Below, piece by piece: positions 61,692 through 64,000 of a DNA stretch of 64,000 nt. Made by a program: the position numbers and the translations under genes. This DNA comes from a virus: the IMG/VR virus record IMGVR_UViG_3300044999_000022, positions 1-64,000 of that record. One strand, given 5' to 3'. Every line of letters begins with the position of its first letter. Within the stretch, counting starts at the first letter, position 1. Under the pieces are notes generated by a model, which saw only the letters and a list, made by a program, of their open reading frames with translations, ran no database searches and was not told the DNA's origin.

Positions 61692-63540
61692 CTCCGAGCA
61701 TCTCCTTCAGGATCTTCCACTTTCGGATGTTTGTGTCTCTGACCTTGTTGTCTACTGTGCCGGGCGCAAAGAAGTCCACGACCTCAACGGGCCATACTTG
61801 CCCAATCCTGTGCACCCGGTCTTCTGCTTGGCGGTTCTTAAACGGCGACCAGCATCGATCTAGAAAGACCACCGTGCTCGAGCTGGTTAGCGTGATGCTC
61901 TCGCCACCCGCCTTTATCGTACCGGCGAAGACGTCCAGCTTTCCTGACTGGAAGTTGTCTACGATCCAGTCCTTGTGCGAATCAGGAGCCGCACCGGTAT
62001 ACGCCCCGACCTTTAGGCCCTCCTGGATCAGGCGGACAGTTACGAGGTCGATCATACTACGGCTCTGGCTGAAGATGACCGTCTGTCCTGAGCGGTCCTC
62101 CAACCAGTCCACTAGGTCGTCTAGCTTGGCGGACGGCTCAATCAGGCGAACCTTGCGAACAGGCTCGCCCCATCGGTCGACTCGTTCGGTAGGGGTCCAT
62201 TCAAGGCTGGCGAGCGCAGCTTGTTGTAGGCGCACGAGTTGGGCGACAACAAACATCCGATTTACTTCTAGGGGCTCATCTTGATGTTCGCCGATCCAGG
62301 CCTTGAACTTCCGCTTCAGGTCGTCGTAGACCTTCTGCTGCGACGGGTACAGTTTGACGTTCACGACGCTGAAGTACTTCTCGGGCAAGTCGATGCCGAC
62401 GTCCTTCTTGAGACGGCGGATGTAGAACGGCGCGATAGTCGCGTGGAAGCGCTCAATGCGAGCGGGATCAAGGCCAGTTACTGACTGATGCATGACGTGG
62501 CCGCGATCGTCGCCTTCGCCGTCTAGGCCAAGCCAGCGACCTTCGACTTCTTCTGTTGTACACCAGTCGCGCACGAAGATCTTCAGTGGGTTCTTGACGC
62601 CGCCGGACGGGAACTTGGCCGGTGCGACCCAGTTCAGCGGACTCCACATATCTTCCGGCTTGTCGTCCGCAATGCTGCCCGAAGCGCCCGTCTTGTAGAC
62701 GGTCTTGAGGCTGATTACCTTGAGGCGCTGCTGCGCCTTCGGGTTCTTGATCCGATGTACCTCATCGGCAATGACGTGGAACCATTGGACCCGCGTCATG
62801 GTTGCCATATCTTTCAGCCGCAGTGCCTCATAATGACAAATATAGAACGTCGCCGTCTTGTCCTGCACCGCAGTTATAAAAGGCGCGCGGTTCTTGCGGT
62901 CAATAACGGCTAGATCAGCTCGAGACAGTCCTAGAAGCTCTAGGAGCTTTCTTTGCCAGAATTCGTGTACTGAACGAGGCGCGATAATAAGAGTCCGTAG
63001 ACCTCCGCCGGGATGGGCCGCCCGAAGGTGGGCGTCTATAGCTATGCACTGATAGGTCTTTCCAGTCCCCGGCTCGTCTGCAATAAGCCTGCCGGAAATT
63101 TCAGGGATACCTAGGCGTTCGACTAGCTCAGATTGAAACGGATACAGATAGGCATCAACCTGTACGTCTGGGGGCAACCGCTTGCCGGAATGATCATACG
63201 CCGCGTGGCAAGCTACGCACAACGCTACGTACCGTGCAGGCTGGGCCCTCGTACCAGTACCGTGTATCCGCGCCCAATGCGCGGCTATTTGTCCGCAATG
63301 CATCTGGCAGTGGTACTGTGCAGCAGGCCCGTTCTGATAACGATTCCGTAGATGGTCTGCCTGATAGGCGTTGTTCTGCTCAGGGTTATCGCGCCGAAAA
63401 GCCTCCTGCCGCGGTCGCTGCCTCGCGTTATGACAGGCAGCACAAAGGTAGTCTTGTATACGCCGCCTAGCGGCGGTCCAATTTCCGCCGACTACGAGAG
63501 TAGCCTTACACTGGCGGCAAACCTTTGCGACCTCGTTCAT
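61684..63540 (-). CDS. SNF2-family helicase with N-terminal Zn-finger/HNH-like domain
   Basis: LYPFQ, LIADEPGTGKT, IADEVH, IFSQ, GGESITLT, QAEDRVHRIGQ; N-terminal CRQC/CAAC and C..HCG..HW..IHG..LCVACHAAYD. Confidence 0.88.
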   Translation of the reverse strand: MNEVAKVCRQCKATLVVGGNWTAARRRIQDYLCAACHNARQRPRQEAFRRDNPEQNNAYQADHLRNRYQNGPAAQYHCQMHCGQIAAHWARIHGTGTRAQPARYVALCVACHAAYDHSGKRLPPDVQVDAYLYPFQSELVERLGIPEISGRLIADEPGTGKTYQCIAIDAHLRAAHPGGGLRTLIIAPRSVHEFWQRKLLELLGLSRADLAVIDRKNRAPFITAVQDKTATFYICHYEALRLKDMATMTRVQWFHVIADEVHRIKNPKAQQRLKVISLKTVYKTGASGSIADDKPEDMWSPLNWVAPAKFPSGGVKNPLKIFVRDWCTTEEVEGRWLGLDGEGDDRGHVMHQSVTGLDPARIERFHATIAPFYIRRLKKDVGIDLPEKYFSVVNVKLYPSQQKVYDDLKRKFKAWIGEHQDEPLEVNRMFVVAQLVRLQQAALASLEWTPTERVDRWGEPVRKVRLIEPSAKLDDLVDWLEDRSGQTVIFSQSRSMIDLVTVRLIQEGLKVGAYTGAAPDSHKDWIVDNFQSGKLDVFAGTIKAGGESITLTSSSTVVFLDRCWSPFKNRQAEDRVHRIGQVWPVEVVDFFAPGTVDNKVRDTNIRKWKILKEMLGDE

Positions 63541-63575
63541 GTAGTCCGCCTAGACTGAAGGTACCCCGACAGGTA

Positions 63576-63998
63576 TCATGATGCCTGCTGCTCGTCCAAT
63601 GCCTGCTCAAGCAGCAACACTCGCCGCTCGAGTGCATCGATACGTGCTCGATCATGCAGCCAGCGTTGGCCGCTCCTAGTAAAGGCCCGCTCGGTCGGCG
63701 GCTTTACTATTTGCCATTCGCTGGGGATGCCTCGTCCGCCACGCTGGAGCTGCTTAATGCAGCCCATCGTCTGCAGCCGTCGCATAATGGGCGTGTAGTG
63801 ACTGATGTTGTACCCGAGCTGTTCGATCAAGTACGTCGTGTGCCCTGTGTAGAGGCGGATGGGGTGCGAGACCTCATCTATCGCCTCTGCAAGCAGCGTG
63901 ACCTTGCTCTCCGCTGCCATCGCCTCGTAGACGATACAGCACTGCTCATACAGTCGCGCATCAACCACGGCTGGTTCACCTCCTCTCAATGCCAACAC
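63576..63998 (-). CDS. Winged-helix-like DNA-binding protein (start uncertain)
   Basis: YTPIMRRLQTMGCI.QLQRGG...SEW pattern. Confidence 0.55.
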   Translation of the reverse strand: MLALRGGEPAVVDARLYEQCCIVYEAMAAESKVTLLAEAIDEVSHPIRLYTGHTTYLIEQLGYNISHYTPIMRRLQTMGCIKQLQRGGRGIPSEWQIVKPPTERAFTRSGQRWLHDRARIDALERRVLLLEQALDEQQAS

Positions 63999-64000
63999 CT

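Larger units (their letters stand above)
1..64000. mobile_element. Tailed dsDNA bacteriophage genome segment (siphovirus-like, probable actinobacterial host)
   Basis: Complete ordered head-tail-lysis operon, phage replication genes, dense small overlapping ORFs, no host housekeeping genes; no integrase in window. Confidence 0.97.

Noticed and set aside
1-64000. Stop-codon reassignment suggested by long overlaps and frequent TAG
   Set aside because: Conserved genes are intact under the standard code and end in TAG, TGA and TAA; no suppressor tRNA was seen.
1-64000. tRNA or rRNA genes
   Set aside because: No cloverleaf with a T-loop GTTCRA and acceptor stem was found by eye in the few intergenic gaps; tRNAscan-SE/ARAGORN would be decisive.

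Overview
The window is most of a tailed (siphovirus-like) dsDNA phage genome, very probably from an actinobacterial host (high GC, Rpf-type transglycosylase, DUF1906 endolysin, GRH-type signal peptide). It has three blocks. (i) A leftward accessory arm (1-12.7 kb) with many small genes, a DJ-1/PfpI protein, HNH-AP2 endonuclease, a secreted LysM-Rpf plus NlpC/P60 pair, a degenerate family-B polymerase-like gene and a RepA-like AAA helicase. (ii) A rightward virion operon (12.8-43.05 kb): TerL, portal, scaffold, major capsid, repeat fibre, head-tail connectors, major tail, -1 frameshifted chaperones, tape measure with lytic transglycosylase, minor tails, holin-like genes and endolysin. (iii) A leftward replication/DNA-modification arm (43.1-64 kb): vWA protein, GT-A-like glycosyltransferase, UDG-PolA fusion with intein, DUF6378, TGT/DpdA-like enzyme, MazG, FolE, QueD, QueE, SAM methyltransferase, SSB, Sak4-like ATPase, Cas4-like exonuclease and an HNH-like/SNF2 helicase. 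I saw no integrase, tRNA, CRISPR array or QueC. The best leads are a second, rewired PolB-like enzyme with a possible primer-protein neighbour, a 7-deazaguanine pathway with no visible QueC but with GT/MTase partners, a ~186-nt structured RNA directly upstream of queD, and a non-virion Rpf/NlpC pair. All product calls come from motif recognition by eye; no database searches were run.
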